Assembly: GCA_038245295.1 (NCBI GenBank) | Contig: JBBRSP010000001.1 | Coordinates: 192,001-256,000 of the forward strand | Direction of reading: 5' to 3' | DNA from: Candidatus Binatia bacterium | Lineage (GTDB): Bacteria; Desulfobacterota; Binatia; HRBIN30 | DNA length: 64,000 bases | Part shown: piece after piece, positions 62,544 to 64,000 of the stretch | Position numbering within the stretch: position 1 is the first letter of the stretch | Layout: every line of letters begins with the position of its first letter | Made by a program: the position numbers and the translations under genes | The notes under the pieces: generated by a model | The model's database searches: none | Told to the model about the DNA's origin: nothing | The model's input: the letters and a program-made list of their open reading frames with translations, nothing else

Positions 62544-63731
62544 TCAGGCGAGCTTGCGCAGCGCCGTTTCGATACGATCGAGACCTTTTTGCAGGCTCTC
62601 CATCGAGTTCGCGTACGAGATGCGGATGTGTTCCGGGTACCCAAAGTCGGTGCCGCCGACGACCGCGACATGCCCGTTCTCGATCAGGTATGTCGCCATC
62701 TCGTCGCCGTTCTTCGGGCCGCCGGGCTTGTTCATGTAGGCGGCGAAGTTCGGGAAGACGTAGAACGCGCCCTGCGGCTTCGGGCAGACGATCCCGGGAA
62801 TCTTGCGCAGCCGTTCGACGACGAAGTCGCGACGCTTGCCGAACTCGCGCATCATGAGCGGCACGGAAGCCTGCGATCCGCCAAGCGCCTCGACGGCGCC
62901 GGCTTGGGCAACCGATGATGGGTTGGAGGTCATCTGCCCCTGCAGGGTCGTCATTGCCTTGATCAACGGCGCCGGGCCGGCGCTGTAGCCGACGCGCCAG
63001 CCGGTCATGGCGTAGGTTTTCGACACCGAGTTGCACAGCAACGTGCGTTTGCGCAGGTCGGGGCGCACGCGTAGCACCTGGCCGAGATGGAAGCCGGGAT
63101 CGTAGATCATCTGCTCGTAGACATCGTCGGAGATGATGAGACAGTCGCGTTTAGCGATGACATCAAGGAGCGCCCCGAGTTCGCGCTCATCGTAGGCGAC
63201 GCCGGCCGGGTTGCTCGGACTATTGAGAATGATGGCCCTGGTGTTCGGTGTAAACGCCGCTTCGAGGTCGGCCGGTGTCAGCTTGAAGTCGTTTTCCAGC
63301 TTGCCGTAGACGATGACTGCCTTGGCGCCGGCCAACAGCAACATGTCGGGATAACTCACCCAGAACGGCGCCAGCACCAGCACCTCGTCGCCCGGGTTGA
63401 ACAAGGCTTGGAACGCAACGAAGAGCGAGTGCTTGCCGCCGCAGCTGGCGATGACTTCGTTCTTGGCATACTCGAGGCCGTTGTCGCGTCTAATCTTCGT
63501 GATGATGGCCGTCTTCAGCGCGTCCGTGCCGCCGACGGGCGTGTACTTTGTCTGTCCGGCCCGCAGGGCGGCCTCGGCTGCGTTCTTGATCGACTCCGGT
63601 GTATCGAAGTCGGGCTCGCCGGCGCCGAAGTCGATCAAGTCGACTCCCTTGCCGCGCAGAGCCGCGGCCTTTTCGGTCACGGCCATGGTGGCCGATGGTT
63701 TGATCAGGGACAGACGTGCACTCAGCTTCAT
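62544..63731 (-). CDS. aspC: Aspartate aminotransferase-type PLP enzyme (class I)
   Basis: GEPDFDTP, NSPSNP, SDDVY, SKTYAMTGWRVGY, PQGAFY, RISYA. Confidence 0.9.
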   Translation of the reverse strand: MKLSARLSLIKPSATMAVTEKAAALRGKGVDLIDFGAGEPDFDTPESIKNAAEAALRAGQTKYTPVGGTDALKTAIITKIRRDNGLEYAKNEVIASCGGKHSLFVAFQALFNPGDEVLVLAPFWVSYPDMLLLAGAKAVIVYGKLENDFKLTPADLEAAFTPNTRAIILNSPSNPAGVAYDERELGALLDVIAKRDCLIISDDVYEQMIYDPGFHLGQVLRVRPDLRKRTLLCNSVSKTYAMTGWRVGYSAGPAPLIKAMTTLQGQMTSNPSSVAQAGAVEALGGSQASVPLMMREFGKRRDFVVERLRKIPGIVCPKPQGAFYVFPNFAAYMNKPGGPKNGDEMATYLIENGHVAVVGGTDFGYPEHIRISYANSMESLQKGLDRIETALRKLA

Positions 63732-63820
63732 TTCCTACCTCGCAAATTTGCTCTGCCATTGCCGCAACAGAGACGGTCGATTTCCGCTGATCTCGCGTTC
63801 GAAACCTACAAAGCTACATC

Positions 63821-63967
63821 CGTCATCCCGGCGAAAGAGACTGTCGATTTTCTCTGATTCATCGTTTGAAACTGCGCAAACACCTCCGTCAGACCGGCGA
63901 AAGCCGCTATCTCCCCAGCATTTTAGGCCTTTCACCCGAGGAGATCCCGGCTTTTGCCCGGATGACG
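63821..63967. repeat. CGTC-tagged REP doublet, copy 2 (63887-63967), plus a truncated arm (63821-63837)
   Basis: CGTCAGACCGGCGAAAGCCG...CCCAGCA...CGAGGAGATCCCGGCTTTTGCCCGGATGACG closely matches 35129-35201. Confidence 0.88.
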
Positions 63968-64000
63968 ATGCGGTCTCCGAATCTAGCGACAGACTCGAAG

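Overview
A GC-rich bacterial chromosomal segment of mostly housekeeping and metabolic genes. The xerC-hslVU-argBDFG order and Cys-rich secreted proteins suggest a Deltaproteobacteria-like lineage such as Binatia or Myxococcota (inference only). In order: an RND pump 3' end; a sigma54-type PII-amt nitrogen operon; a CPA2 antiporter; DUF362, FAD oxidoreductase and GT-C-like genes; an msrA pseudogene; xerC-hslV-hslU-argB-argD-argF-argG-ychF; an atypical riboflavin synthase; a full MoxR/DUF58/Bat operon with a BatD-BatE fusion; an SDR/acyl-CoA ligase/TauD/P450 block; a divergent K+-independent membrane pyrophosphatase; a secreted beta-helix protein with 10 disintegrin-like repeats; an output-less phosphorelay; DUF3604; PolX; NUDIX; an ABC exporter; and an aminotransferase. 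I found no rRNA, tRNA, CRISPR array or transposase. The most striking unexplained signal is non-coding. Many intergenic gaps hold about 70-125 bp palindromic elements whose arms are about 3 tandem copies of a short unit, and the unit differs by family (6, 7, 8 and 10 nt). One sits between two copies of the aminotransferase 3' end, which suggests a gene-end-targeting insertion. All calls come from reading motifs by eye; no searches were run.
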